Below, piece by piece: positions 18,567 to 28,751 of a stretch of 64,000 bases of DNA. This stretch comes from Candidatus Cloacimonadota bacterium (GTDB lineage Bacteria; Cloacimonadota; Cloacimonadia; G963667145). Location: assembly GCA_963667255.1 (NCBI GenBank), contig OY762940.1:672001-736000 (forward strand). Direction: 5' to 3'. The translations under genes were made by a program, and so were the position numbers. The notes under the pieces are model-generated. The model was not told the origin of the DNA. It made no database searches and worked only from the letters and a program-made list of their open reading frames with translations. How positions within the stretch are numbered: the stretch's first letter is position 1; each line of letters starts with the position of its first letter.

Positions 18567-19356
18567 CGAAAATATTGGATTTGCTTTTATTTTGACATTG
18601 TTTGCCGGACTTTCCACGGGCATTGGCAGTGCTTTAGCATTTTTTGCCAAGCGGACAAACACCAATTTTTTGTCTGTTGCTCTCGGATTTTCTGCTGGAG
18701 TGATGATTTTCGTCTCTTTTGTGGAGATTTTTCCCGAAGCCAAGCACAGCCTTATTTCTCAATATGGTGATAATCTTGGTGTCTCTTTGGCAACTTTGGC
18801 ACTATTTGTCGGAATGCTTTTGGCTGCAGGTATCGACAAATTAATCCCCAATCATGAAAATCCGCACGAGCCGAAATTGGTGGAAGATATGGCTGTGAAC
18901 AACTCTGACAAACTCTATCGAATGGGGATTTTTTCCGCCATCGCCATTGCTGTTCACAATTTTCCCGAAGGTTTGGCGACATTTGTGGCAGCACTGGGCG
19001 ACTCCCAGATGGGCATAGCCATTGCGGTTGCCATCGCCATTCACAATATTCCCGAAGGAATAGCCGTCAGTGTGCCGATTTACTATGCGACTGGCGATAG
19101 AAAAAAGGCTTTCTATTTGTCTTTTCTTTCAGGGTTGGCAGAGCCTGTTGGAGCAATTATCGGCTATTTGCTTTTGTTGCCATTTATGAACGAATCTGTT
19201 TTCGGATTTCTCTTTGCTCTGATAGCCGGAATAATGATTTTCATCTCCTTCGATGAACTTTTACCGGCATCGGAAAAATACGGCGAACATCATTTGTCGA
19301 TTTACGGATTGATAGGTGGAATGTTAGTGATGGCAATCAGTTTGCTGCTTTTATAA
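18559..19356 (+). CDS. zupT: ZIP-family zinc transporter
   Basis: HNFPEG, HNIPEG, SGLAEPVG, DELLP. Confidence 0.93.
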   Translation: MYNENIGFAFILTLFAGLSTGIGSALAFFAKRTNTNFLSVALGFSAGVMIFVSFVEIFPEAKHSLISQYGDNLGVSLATLALFVGMLLAAGIDKLIPNHENPHEPKLVEDMAVNNSDKLYRMGIFSAIAIAVHNFPEGLATFVAALGDSQMGIAIAVAIAIHNIPEGIAVSVPIYYATGDRKKAFYLSFLSGLAEPVGAIIGYLLLLPFMNESVFGFLFALIAGIMIFISFDELLPASEKYGEHHLSIYGLIGGMLVMAISLLLL

Positions 19357-19368
19357 CAAGGAAAATTT

Positions 19369-20019
19369 ATGGTAGCATTTTCTCAAGAGATGAAGTTGGA
19401 AAAACGAAACGAAATTTTGCAAGTGGCACTCAAGCATTTCAGCGAAAAATCTTTTCATAGTGTTTCTTTGCGAAAGATAGCCGTGGAGCTTGACCTCAGT
19501 GTGGGCAATTTATACAACTATTTTCACAATAAAGATGCCTTGTTCAAAGCCGTGCTTTCTCCGCTTTTGGAGAAGATGGAGAAGGTGAAAAAAATGATAA
19601 CTATGCATTCCAAACTTGATTTTAATGAAGTCGATGAGGATTTGGAGTCTCACATAAAAATTGGGGAATCGATAGCGGAATTTGTGTCTATGCACAAAAA
19701 TTTGTTTTATATTTTGTTTTTTCACAGCAAAGGCTCGTCCTTAGAACATATTTTGGACGATTTAATCGATTTTAATACGGAAAGAATTCACAAGGAGATT
19801 TGTAGCAAATGGGGAGATGAAATTTTTGACGAGTTTTTTGTTCACAATATAATCTCTTACTCTTTCAACACCATCAAAGAGAGTCTGATGCACGATTTGT
19901 CTCCAGAGCAACGGAAAAAGGCTTTCAGGGAGATGATGGCTTTTACTTATTGTGGAGTTATAGGTCTTGCTACGAGAAATTATAGTAAGGGTAAAATAGA
20001 TTTCCAAAAATTATTTTAA
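19369..20019 (+). CDS. TetR/AcrR family regulator
   Basis: N-terminal HTH SLRKIAVELDLSVGNLYNYFHNKDALF. Confidence 0.92.
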   Translation: MVAFSQEMKLEKRNEILQVALKHFSEKSFHSVSLRKIAVELDLSVGNLYNYFHNKDALFKAVLSPLLEKMEKVKKMITMHSKLDFNEVDEDLESHIKIGESIAEFVSMHKNLFYILFFHSKGSSLEHILDDLIDFNTERIHKEICSKWGDEIFDEFFVHNIISYSFNTIKESLMHDLSPEQRKKAFREMMAFTYCGVIGLATRNYSKGKIDFQKLF

Positions 20020-20148
20020 TAGCTAATATTTAGTTCTTTCATTTCCAATAAGATAACGAAGTTGAGGAAAAATTGAATTTTGTCGTTTTTTCTTGACTTC
20101 TTTTTGTATTACAAAGAAATAAGTGTGATACATAGGGGAATGATAAAT

Positions 20149-21783
20149 ATGGGTAGAAAAAAACTGGATAAAATTCAGCAGATTTTTTTATTTGACGGTA
20201 TAGCTCAGAAGCAAGAAGAGCCTGTTTCTGCCGTTCCCACTGGGGCGAAGGAAGAGGCAGCTAAGAAGGTAGAAGTTCCGAAAAATCATCAGATAGTTTT
20301 CCCGAAACTTTTGGGGAAAAACAATCGAATGAATATCCAAGGCAAACAGGTGTCTTTCGATTTTGTCCATCAGGTTGAGAGTTTTCTTTTGCATAATGAA
20401 ATCCCTCTCAAAGGCAAAAAGTTTCTTCTCGGTGTGTCAGGCGGAAGTGACTCTGTGGCAATGCTTTTGGCTTTCTACTATTTGCGGAATAAATACGATT
20501 TGAAATTGCTGGTTTCCCATATCAATTATAAACTTCGAGGCGAGGAAAGTGATGCCGATTGTGAGCTTTTGCGAAAGATTTGTTTTGAGAAAAATATTTT
20601 GTTGGAAGTAAAAGAGATAGATGGTGCAGGGCAGTCGGAGAAAGGGCTTAGGGATATTAGGTTTGCGGAGTTTGCCAGAATTGCCGAGCGAGACAAAATC
20701 AAGAATCTCTGTCTTGCTCATAACAAAAATGACCAAGTTGAGACGGTGTTGTTTAACATTGTGCGTGGTTCTGGTGTGTCGGGTGCTGCTGGTATCAAAA
20801 AATGCATTCACTTAAATTCCAATCTGCTGTTGTCGCACCCTCTTTTGAATATGGAGCGGAAACAAATTACAGAATTTCTGACTGACCAAAATGTTCAGTG
20901 GGCGGAGGACAGGACGAATGCCGAGCCGGTTTATTCACGGAACAAAATCCGCTTGGAGTTGTTGCCGTGGCTACGGGATAATCTGAACAATAATGTTTTG
21001 AACAATATCTTTGAGTTTTCGTCTATTCTGAATGAAAATCATCTTTTTTGGCAAGAGCAGGTAAAGAGCAAAATGAATCGCTTGAAGAATAAGGGCGAAA
21101 GCGAACAAGGACTGCATTGTTTCCCGATATCCAAACTGAAAAAAGAGAGCCCGCTACTGCGATATTACTTGTATAAGGAATATCACGAAGAGTTTACGGG
21201 GAAACCTGAGGGGTTTTATCGGCAACATTTTAACGAGATAGAAAAGATTCTTAAGTCCAATGGTTCGGTGAGTATTTCGCTTTTTGAGGGGAAGATGTCT
21301 GTTATCAAAGAGTATGACAATTTGTTCTTTAGCGAACACGACTTTACGAAAGGAGATATTTCGGAAGAGTCTTTGGTGTTGCCAAAAATTTCGAAAGTTT
21401 TTGTGTATAATAATTACCGATTTAGATTGTCCAAGGCGATTAAGATTCCCGAGGAGTTCGATAGGACTCGTTTTGCTTTTCTAAATTACGAGAAATTGGA
21501 GTTTCCACTTGTCGTGAGGACGGCTGTCACCGGCGATAAATTCACGCCTGTGGGGATGAAGGGGCATAAAAAATTAAGGGACTTTTTTGTTGACGAAAAG
21601 GTCTCCAAATTTGAGAGGAAAAGGATACCCATTCTTACTGATATGAAAGGCATTGTTTGGGTTGGAGGCTATAGAGTAGATAACAGAACTGTTGCCGATG
21701 CAAATTGCGGGAATATTCTGAAGATTGAGTTGGAAGAATTGGACAAGTCTAGAACTGCCCGAAGAAGAGGTAGAAGGAGTTAA
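20149..21783 (+). CDS. tilS: tRNA(Ile)-lysidine synthetase with N-terminal extension
   Basis: SGGSDS PP-loop, AHNKNDQVET, YSRNKIR, C-terminal KKLRDFF; tilS-hpt-ftsH synteny; start uncertain. Confidence 0.93.
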   Translation: MGRKKLDKIQQIFLFDGIAQKQEEPVSAVPTGAKEEAAKKVEVPKNHQIVFPKLLGKNNRMNIQGKQVSFDFVHQVESFLLHNEIPLKGKKFLLGVSGGSDSVAMLLAFYYLRNKYDLKLLVSHINYKLRGEESDADCELLRKICFEKNILLEVKEIDGAGQSEKGLRDIRFAEFARIAERDKIKNLCLAHNKNDQVETVLFNIVRGSGVSGAAGIKKCIHLNSNLLLSHPLLNMERKQITEFLTDQNVQWAEDRTNAEPVYSRNKIRLELLPWLRDNLNNNVLNNIFEFSSILNENHLFWQEQVKSKMNRLKNKGESEQGLHCFPISKLKKESPLLRYYLYKEYHEEFTGKPEGFYRQHFNEIEKILKSNGSVSISLFEGKMSVIKEYDNLFFSEHDFTKGDISEESLVLPKISKVFVYNNYRFRLSKAIKIPEEFDRTRFAFLNYEKLEFPLVVRTAVTGDKFTPVGMKGHKKLRDFFVDEKVSKFERKRIPILTDMKGIVWVGGYRVDNRTVADANCGNILKIELEELDKSRTARRRGRRS

Positions 21784-21787
21784 ACCT

Positions 21788-22330
21788 ATGGACGACAGAT
21801 TTTCCAAGATAATTTTATCCGAAGACGAGATACAAGATAGAATTAAAGGGTTATCGCAAGAGATTTCTGATTTTTATCGTGGCACTTGCCCTGTTTTTGT
21901 CTGTGTTTTGAAAGGTGCTGTTTTCTTCCTTACCGACCTTACCAAAAATTTAACTATCGATTGCGAAGTGGATTTTATGGATGTTTCCAGTTACGGTGCT
22001 GGCAGGAGTAGCTCCGGCGTTGTGCAAATCAGCAAAGATTTGACCGACCAAATCGAGGGTAGGGATGTTGTGATTGTGGAGGATATTTTTGATACTGGTC
22101 TTACCTTGAACTACTTGGTGGGGCATCTGCGGAACAAAGCACCTCGTTCCATTAAAATTTGCACTTTGCTTGACCGTCCTCACAAAAGAGATGCAGGTGT
22201 AAAATTGAAAGCTGATTTTGTCGGGTTTACGCTTAATAAGAGTGATTTTTTGGTTGGATATGGATTGGACGACAACCAAATAATGAGAAATTTGCCGTTT
22301 ATCGGAGTGCTTAAAAAGGATGATTTATAA
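21788..22330 (+). CDS. hpt: hypoxanthine phosphoribosyltransferase
   Basis: VLKGA, VEDIFDTGLT, FLVGYGLD; ATG 21788 after GAAGGAG. Confidence 0.95.
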   Translation: MDDRFSKIILSEDEIQDRIKGLSQEISDFYRGTCPVFVCVLKGAVFFLTDLTKNLTIDCEVDFMDVSSYGAGRSSSGVVQISKDLTDQIEGRDVVIVEDIFDTGLTLNYLVGHLRNKAPRSIKICTLLDRPHKRDAGVKLKADFVGFTLNKSDFLVGYGLDDNQIMRNLPFIGVLKKDDL

Positions 22331-22332
22331 AA

Positions 22333-24207
22333 ATGAGTAACAAAAAGGGAAACAAGTTGCCTGAGTTTAAGAGACCCAATGTGACTTTGATATTAGTAAT
22401 TGTTTTTGTCGGAATACTTTTTTACCAAATGTTTTTTTCGATTGATATGGGGTTGAAAGAGGTCAGTTATTCCACATTCGTGGAGATGAGTAACTCGGGG
22501 CAAGTATTGTCTGCCAGTTTTGACGAAAAGGATGTTCGCTTTACCACTGTCGACGGTATGAAGTATTCGACCTATTTGCCTTTTCAAGACCCGCAGTTAG
22601 TGAGCAAGCTGCAATCTAACGGGGTGAATGTTTCTTCGCATAAGCCGTCTTTTTTGGCATCAGTCATCTTGTCGTGGTTTCCTTTCTTAATCTTCATCTT
22701 TATTTGGATATTTTTGATGCGTTCCATGGGTGGTGGAAGCAAGGCTTTTAGTTTTGGCAAAAATAAAGCACAATTGGTAAACAAAGAGGATATTAACACG
22801 ACTTTTGAAGATGTTGCCGGTATTGACGAGGCTAAGTCTGAACTTGAAGAGATTGTGGAGTTTCTGAAAAATCCTGATAAATATTTGTCGCTGGGTGGTA
22901 GGATACCGAGAGGAGTTTTGCTACAGGGGCATCCCGGAACGGGAAAAACTCTTTTGGCGAGAGCTGTTGCCGGAGAAGCCGGAGTTCCTTTCTTTAGGAT
23001 GAGCGGCTCCGATTTCGTGGAGATGTTCGTGGGTGTTGGAGCTTCTAGAGTTCGTAATCTTTTTGAGGTTGCCAAGAAGAACGCTCCTTGTATAGCTTTC
23101 ATTGACGAGATAGATGCTGTCGGTCGCCATCGTGGCACGGGACTTGGCGGTGGTCATGACGAGAGGGAGCAAACTCTAAATCAGCTTTTGGTGGAGATGG
23201 ACGGTTTTACGGAGAACGACTCCATGATAATCATAGCGGCTACCAATAGACCCGATGTGCTTGACCCTGCTTTGTTGCGTCCGGGTAGATTTGACAGGCA
23301 AGTTACGGTTGATTTGCCCGATATTCGTGGTCGAGAAGCTATCCTGAAAGTGCATGCGAAGAAAATCAAAATGCAAAAAGATTTGAGCTTCTCTACTATC
23401 GCCAGAGCTACTGCGGGATTCTCGGGTGCTGATTTGGCAAACTTGCTTAACGAAGCAGCACTGATAACAGCAGGCAAGGAGAAGACGGAAGTTTCGTTGC
23501 AAGAGGTGGAAGAAGCTAAGGACAAGATAATTTTGGGTAAAGAGAAGAAAAATAAAGTGATTTCGGAAGAGGACAAAAAGATTACCTCTTATCATGAAGT
23601 CGGGCATGTGATTACTTCCATTTGTCAGCCTCTTTCCGACCCGTTGCACAAAGTTTCCATTATCCCCAGAGGGTTTACAGCCGGAGCGACACACTATTTG
23701 CAAACCGACAGGAGCAACTATTCCAAAGACTATTTGATTCAAATGCTTGTCCAGTTGTTGGGTGGCAGAGCAGCAGAGGAGTTGAAGTTCGACTCCATCA
23801 CTACCGGTGCCAGCAACGACATTTCTCGTTCTACCGATATTGCCAAAAAGATGACTTGCTCTTGGGGAATGAGCGATTCTTTTGGTCCTATGGCGGTTAC
23901 TCGTGAGCAGGAACAGACTTTTTTGGGCAAAGAGTTGGCTCATCACGACTCTATTAGTCAATATTTGAGTGAAAAGGCTGACCAGCAAATTCAGAAATTT
24001 ATCTCGGATGCATACGCTGATGCCAAGCGGATTTTGACTAAGCAGGACAAACTTTTGGTCGCTCTTTCCGAGGAACTTTTGATTAAGGAAACTTTGGAAC
24101 TTGATGAGATTTTTGACATCTGTTTTGAGAAAGCTACTGACGACATCAAAGATTTGTTGAGCGAAAAATATGAAAAGGCTAAGGAACTTAGAATAAGTGC
24201 AGATTAA
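22333..24207 (+). CDS. ftsH: ATP-dependent zinc metalloprotease FtsH
   Basis: [27 protein letters not shown]. Confidence 0.98.
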   Translation: MSNKKGNKLPEFKRPNVTLILVIVFVGILFYQMFFSIDMGLKEVSYSTFVEMSNSGQVLSASFDEKDVRFTTVDGMKYSTYLPFQDPQLVSKLQSNGVNVSSHKPSFLASVILSWFPFLIFIFIWIFLMRSMGGGSKAFSFGKNKAQLVNKEDINTTFEDVAGIDEAKSELEEIVEFLKNPDKYLSLGGRIPRGVLLQGHPGTGKTLLARAVAGEAGVPFFRMSGSDFVEMFVGVGASRVRNLFEVAKKNAPCIAFIDEIDAVGRHRGTGLGGGHDEREQTLNQLLVEMDGFTENDSMIIIAATNRPDVLDPALLRPGRFDRQVTVDLPDIRGREAILKVHAKKIKMQKDLSFSTIARATAGFSGADLANLLNEAALITAGKEKTEVSLQEVEEAKDKIILGKEKKNKVISEEDKKITSYHEVGHVITSICQPLSDPLHKVSIIPRGFTAGATHYLQTDRSNYSKDYLIQMLVQLLGGRAAEELKFDSITTGASNDISRSTDIAKKMTCSWGMSDSFGPMAVTREQEQTFLGKELAHHDSISQYLSEKADQQIQKFISDAYADAKRILTKQDKLLVALSEELLIKETLELDEIFDICFEKATDDIKDLLSEKYEKAKELRISAD

Positions 24208-24219
24208 TTCTAATTAATA

Positions 24220-24296
24220 GCCCCCGTAGCTCATTTGGATAGAGCGTTTGATTCCGGTTCAAAAGGCAGGAGGTTCGAGTCCTCTCGGGGGTACCA
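24220..24296 (+). tRNA. tRNA-Arg(CCG)
   Basis: Acceptor GCCCCCG/CGGGGGT, anticodon arm TTTGA-TTCCGGT-TCAAA, GGTTCGAGTCC, encoded CCA. Confidence 0.95.
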
Positions 24297-24302
24297 TTTG
24301 TT

Positions 24303-25061
24303 ATGCAATATTATAAAGATAAAGGTAAAATTTTCTTTCAAGTCGGACTAATCACCGCAGTAAGTGTGGTGATTTTGTTTTTGTCTTATGGATGGCTGAC
24401 TAGGGTTTTTACCGATAGCAAATATCAGAGCGTGAAAGTTTCTTTCTCTTCGGCAAGCGGACTCTCCGAGGGAGCAACCGTTTGTATTCGTGGTGTGCCC
24501 AGAGGGCTCGTGAATAAAGTGGAGATTACGGCAGACGGTGTCATTTTCGACTTGAAAGTTGAGTTGCCGATAGTCCTGTGTGAAGGGACTCAGTTCATCG
24601 TGGAAGACATAGATATGATGGGCAACAAGCAAATTGATATTTTGCCGAAAACTACAGGTAACAAATTGGATTTGCAAGAGATACATCAAGGAGAAGTCAA
24701 GATTACTTTGACTCGCTTCATTGGTAAACTTGACGATATTTTGAGCAGTTTGGAAATCGAAAAAATCAAAGTTGAGAATTTTAGAGAACTCAATACGCAT
24801 ATTAATGGCGTTCTGTCGCAACTGAATCTTCTACTTACCAAGATGAATGAAAATGACGGTATGCTTGACCAAACTAACGAAGTTGTCCGCAAAACCAACG
24901 AAATTCTCGGCAAGATTAACGACGAAAATTCCTCTGCCAACAAGTTTTTAACCGATACAATTTTGTATAGGCAGATTTCTACCAGTATTAAGAGGGTTGA
25001 CTCCATTCTCATTGATGTAAAGGCAAATCCGTCCAAATATTTCAAGATTGAAGTTTTTTAG
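24303..25061 (+). CDS. MlaD/MCE family protein
   Basis: N-terminal TM; FSSASGLSEGATVCIRGVPRGLV; helical C-terminus ending DVKANPSKYF. Confidence 0.88.
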   Translation: MQYYKDKGKIFFQVGLITAVSVVILFLSYGWLTRVFTDSKYQSVKVSFSSASGLSEGATVCIRGVPRGLVNKVEITADGVIFDLKVELPIVLCEGTQFIVEDIDMMGNKQIDILPKTTGNKLDLQEIHQGEVKITLTRFIGKLDDILSSLEIEKIKVENFRELNTHINGVLSQLNLLLTKMNENDGMLDQTNEVVRKTNEILGKINDENSSANKFLTDTILYRQISTSIKRVDSILIDVKANPSKYFKIEVF

Positions 25062-27527
25062 ATGAAGAGAAGTTTAACCATACTGTTTTTATTGCATAGC
25101 TGGGCTTTTCTTCTTTCTGCTGAGCATACTTCCGCCACTTCTGCCATCTTGTTACCAAGCCAAAGAATGTCCGGCATCGGCAGTGCAGTGGATGTCACGA
25201 TGGGCGATTCCATCACTTATATCGCTGACCATATGTTTTATGATGTGGTTTTCTCCCGAGCCAATCTCACAGGAGATGTCAGCATTATGTCCGAAGGTTC
25301 GATTTTGCGAACTGACACCATAACTTTGGATTTGAAAACCAACATAATGGCTTCTCGAGGAGCTACTTATATCAAAGATGTTTCCGGCTGTATGATTGCC
25401 AACGATGTTTGGATTAACCCGAAAAAAGAGTGGGCGTTGTTCAATAAAGCCGCGGGCAAATTGGATGTCGGTTATTATTACGGTAGCCAAACGAGACAAG
25501 TGAAGAATGGTGTGTATGATGTTGATAATGGGATGTTTACCACTTGCGATGCTCCGGAGCACCATTTTGATATTTATGCGGTGCAGATGCGACTCTATCG
25601 TGGGAATATGGTGGTGATGAAGCCGGTTGTTATTTTGGTAAATCACTTCCCAGTAATTGCGTTGCCTTCTTACTCTTTTTCTATTGCCAGAGGCAAACAA
25701 AACGGGTTTTTGATGCCTACTCCTGGTCGAAACTCAAATGATGGCAAATTCGTGGAAAACATCGGCTACTACCTATTCTTCGAGGATTATTGGGATGCAG
25801 TCGCTATTATGAATGTCAGGGAGAAAACCGGCATTGACGGTGAGTTCATCACTCGCTACAAGAAGCGTTACGAATACGAAGGGATTTTGGAGATAAACCA
25901 AAAGAGAGCCGTGAGCAATGCTGGAAAAACCACAAATTACGCAGGCGAATATCACTACAATCACAAGCAGGATTTTAATGATGGCTCTGCTTTAAGTGCT
26001 GACCTCAACTACTACTCCAGTAAGGAAATCTTGGAAGATGAAGAGGATATTGATACACGGACGAACGAAAATATAAAATCGACTATCTCCTATTCCAAGC
26101 CTTTTTTGAGTAGCACTTTGCTTATGAGTAGTGAGTATTCGCAAGATATGAATACTAAAGCTCAAGCAATTACTTTGCCTTATGTCAGTTATACTCTTAC
26201 TTCTCGACCTATTTGGGAGATGTTTTTGGATGAAATCGATGAAGATGAAAATCCTTGGTGGAAAGATTTTAGCTATTCATTTAAAACTCAAGCTACACAA
26301 AGTGGTACTATGGCAGATAGGTCTGCGGGAGTCGCCGATGTACTTTGGAAATCCAAGAAGGACAGTGCAGGGACTTTGGTAAACACTCACAAAGCAGGTG
26401 CATGGATTGACTTGGGACTTACGCATTCTCGCAAGGTTTTGAGTTGGTTGACATTTAGTCAGAGCGTGCCTTTCAAAGTTGCATATTCATCAAACGAAAT
26501 CAATTATGCCTCCTTCGACCCGTCTTATCAATACAACTATTCCAATAGTTTGGGCTTCAGTGTTGTCGGGTTCAAAAATTTCGGCGAGTTTTTTTTCAAG
26601 GGAATCAGGCATATTATAGATGTATCAGGCTCTTTTGCCTATGTACCTACGATAGAGAATAAAGCTACCGGTCCATATGCTTTGGGGGCTACTACGGAAT
26701 CGAAAGTATCCAAGCTGAACTTTTCCAACGCTTGGGATTTGAAGTTGAATCCTCCCGGGAAAAACGATAAATTCCTTTTAAATAGTATAGTAACGGCAAC
26801 CACGGCATATACCGTGTACAGTAATGACAAATCTGCAGAAGGCAAGTGGGACGATATAGTTTGGGCAGCGAGTTTTGATGGTCAAAATCTTGTGCCGGCG
26901 GGAGTTTTGGCGAATAAGATTTTGGAGTGGACTTATCTTTCCCATTGGTTCTCCTGCTCCGTGAGCAACTCTAACACGGCTTCGGCAACGCAAGACCCTT
27001 ACAATTGGGAATTGAAAGAGTGGTCATATAAAGTTCCTGTTTCCAATACTGTCGGTTTTGCTCTTTCGCAAACACGAAAACTCCGATATTTCAACTATTC
27101 TCCCGCTAAATTCAATCAGTTTGAGCTAAACAAATTTTTCAATAATGGACCTCCTGCAAAGCGACAAAATTATATTGAGCAAGACAATGGAGTCTCGGTA
27201 AATGTGAATTATGCTTACAACTTCGTAGGTAGCCAAAAAAAAGGCGAAGATTTTACCAAGGTTGAAGATTATACTCTCGATTTAACGGGCAGTTCAAAAC
27301 TTCATTTATCAAAAACTTGGCACTTGGACTACTCTCTTTCTTATAACATAAAAGAGGACGATTTGGGAGCTCAGACCTTTTCTGCTGTGAAAAGTCTGCA
27401 TTGCTGGAATTTCAGTTTCTCATATACCAAAGAAGGTGCATATTGGGAATACGCTTTTTCGTTTGTTAACATCAAATTGCCTAACGATTTGAAATACGAA
27501 GACGATTCGAATTCCAACGATGATTAG
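25062..27527 (+). CDS. lptD: putative LPS assembly protein LptD
   Basis: OstA-like N-terminus, FTTCDAPEHHF, GFLMPTPG, C-terminal LHCWNFSF barrel strands. Confidence 0.8.
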   Translation: MKRSLTILFLLHSWAFLLSAEHTSATSAILLPSQRMSGIGSAVDVTMGDSITYIADHMFYDVVFSRANLTGDVSIMSEGSILRTDTITLDLKTNIMASRGATYIKDVSGCMIANDVWINPKKEWALFNKAAGKLDVGYYYGSQTRQVKNGVYDVDNGMFTTCDAPEHHFDIYAVQMRLYRGNMVVMKPVVILVNHFPVIALPSYSFSIARGKQNGFLMPTPGRNSNDGKFVENIGYYLFFEDYWDAVAIMNVREKTGIDGEFITRYKKRYEYEGILEINQKRAVSNAGKTTNYAGEYHYNHKQDFNDGSALSADLNYYSSKEILEDEEDIDTRTNENIKSTISYSKPFLSSTLLMSSEYSQDMNTKAQAITLPYVSYTLTSRPIWEMFLDEIDEDENPWWKDFSYSFKTQATQSGTMADRSAGVADVLWKSKKDSAGTLVNTHKAGAWIDLGLTHSRKVLSWLTFSQSVPFKVAYSSNEINYASFDPSYQYNYSNSLGFSVVGFKNFGEFFFKGIRHIIDVSGSFAYVPTIENKATGPYALGATTESKVSKLNFSNAWDLKLNPPGKNDKFLLNSIVTATTAYTVYSNDKSAEGKWDDIVWAASFDGQNLVPAGVLANKILEWTYLSHWFSCSVSNSNTASATQDPYNWELKEWSYKVPVSNTVGFALSQTRKLRYFNYSPAKFNQFELNKFFNNGPPAKRQNYIEQDNGVSVNVNYAYNFVGSQKKGEDFTKVEDYTLDLTGSSKLHLSKTWHLDYSLSYNIKEDDLGAQTFSAVKSLHCWNFSFSYTKEGAYWEYAFSFVNIKLPNDLKYEDDSNSNDD

Positions 27528-28104
27528 AGCTATTTTTTTGGACAGAGACGGCACGATAAATCCCGATGAAGATGGATACATCTCTTCTCCGTCACAATTT
27601 GAAATTTTCCCTTTCAGTGGAGAAGCCATCAGAATTTTTAACGATTTGGGTTTTCTCGTGTTTATTGTCACCAATCAGTCTGGTATAGCCAGAGGTTATT
27701 TTACGGAAAAAGATTTGGAGACTATTCATCTCAAGATGGTGCAACTATTGGCAAAAGATGGAGCTAAGATTGACGAAATTTTGTGCTGTCCCCACTATCC
27801 ACACGGCGTGATAAAAGAGTTTTCTTGCGAATGTGAATGCCGAAAGCCGAACAATCTATTTTTTAGGCAGATGCAAAAGAAATACAATCTTAAAGCCTCA
27901 AAATCTTTTATGATAGGCGACAAACCTGCCGATATAGAGTTCGGCTTGAAAAGCGGTTTGCAGACTATTTTAGTCAGAACAGGTTATGGCGAGCGGACTT
28001 TGCAAGCGGGGGAAATAAAGCCCGATTTTGCCGTCGATAATCTGCTAATGGCTGCCGAAGCGATAAGAAGATTGGTGCAACAGGAAAAGGGTTGTGTTGA
28101 GTAA
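27520..28104 (+). CDS. gmhB: D-glycero-D-manno-heptose-1,7-bisphosphate phosphatase
   Basis: FLDRDGTIN, VTNQSG, CPH..CECRKP, MIGD. Confidence 0.9.
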   Translation: MIRAIFLDRDGTINPDEDGYISSPSQFEIFPFSGEAIRIFNDLGFLVFIVTNQSGIARGYFTEKDLETIHLKMVQLLAKDGAKIDEILCCPHYPHGVIKEFSCECECRKPNNLFFRQMQKKYNLKASKSFMIGDKPADIEFGLKSGLQTILVRTGYGERTLQAGEIKPDFAVDNLLMAAEAIRRLVQQEKGCVE

Positions 28105-28750
28105 AGAGCAAATCGAGAAGTTTGATTTTGAGGGTCTGTTTTCCAAACTTGCCGACTACTACGAAAAATGTTCTGCACAGGTTAAAAAGTTTGAAGAAAT
28201 CTCTGCGGAAACGCCTTTGCAGATTTTGATTTCCGCTATGCTCTCCGCTCGCACCAACGACATTACAACCACCAAAGTTGTTGAGAATTGGCATATTACG
28301 AAGTTGGATGAGTTGCAGGGTTTGTCGGTTGGAGATATTGAAAAGTTGATTTACCCCGTGGGATTTTATAAGCAAAAAGCTGTTCATTTGAGTGAATGGT
28401 ATGGGATTATTTCCGAGAAATTTTCGGGAAGTTTGCCTGCCGATAGAGACAAGATAATGAGTTTGCCCGGAGTGGGTCTGAAAACTGCGAATTTGTTTTT
28501 GAATAGAGCTTGCAAGTTGCCCTACATTTGTGTTGATATTCATGTTCATCGGATTTGTGCCAGAATAGGGCTGACTTCCGGCAAGACACCTGCGAAAACC
28601 GAGAAAGAGTTGACGGAGATTTTGCCCGAAAAATTTATCTCGAACGCAAATCGATACTTCGTTGCTTTGGGGCAAACTCTGTGCAAGGCAACTGTGGTTG
28701 ATTGTGATAGCTGCCCGATAGCGGAATTTTGTAGCAAGATGGGAGTGTAA
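28094..28750 (+). CDS. nth: endonuclease III
   Basis: LSARTND, HhH LPGVGLKTA, VDIHV, C-x6-C-x2-C-x5-C. Confidence 0.92.
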   Translation: MLSKEQIEKFDFEGLFSKLADYYEKCSAQVKKFEEISAETPLQILISAMLSARTNDITTTKVVENWHITKLDELQGLSVGDIEKLIYPVGFYKQKAVHLSEWYGIISEKFSGSLPADRDKIMSLPGVGLKTANLFLNRACKLPYICVDIHVHRICARIGLTSGKTPAKTEKELTEILPEKFISNANRYFVALGQTLCKATVVDCDSCPIAEFCSKMGV

Positions 28751-28751
28751 G

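Noticed and set aside
24220..24296. tRNA genes as island integration sites
   Set aside because: No integrase and no duplicated tRNA 3' end was seen for either tRNA; the neighbours are housekeeping genes.
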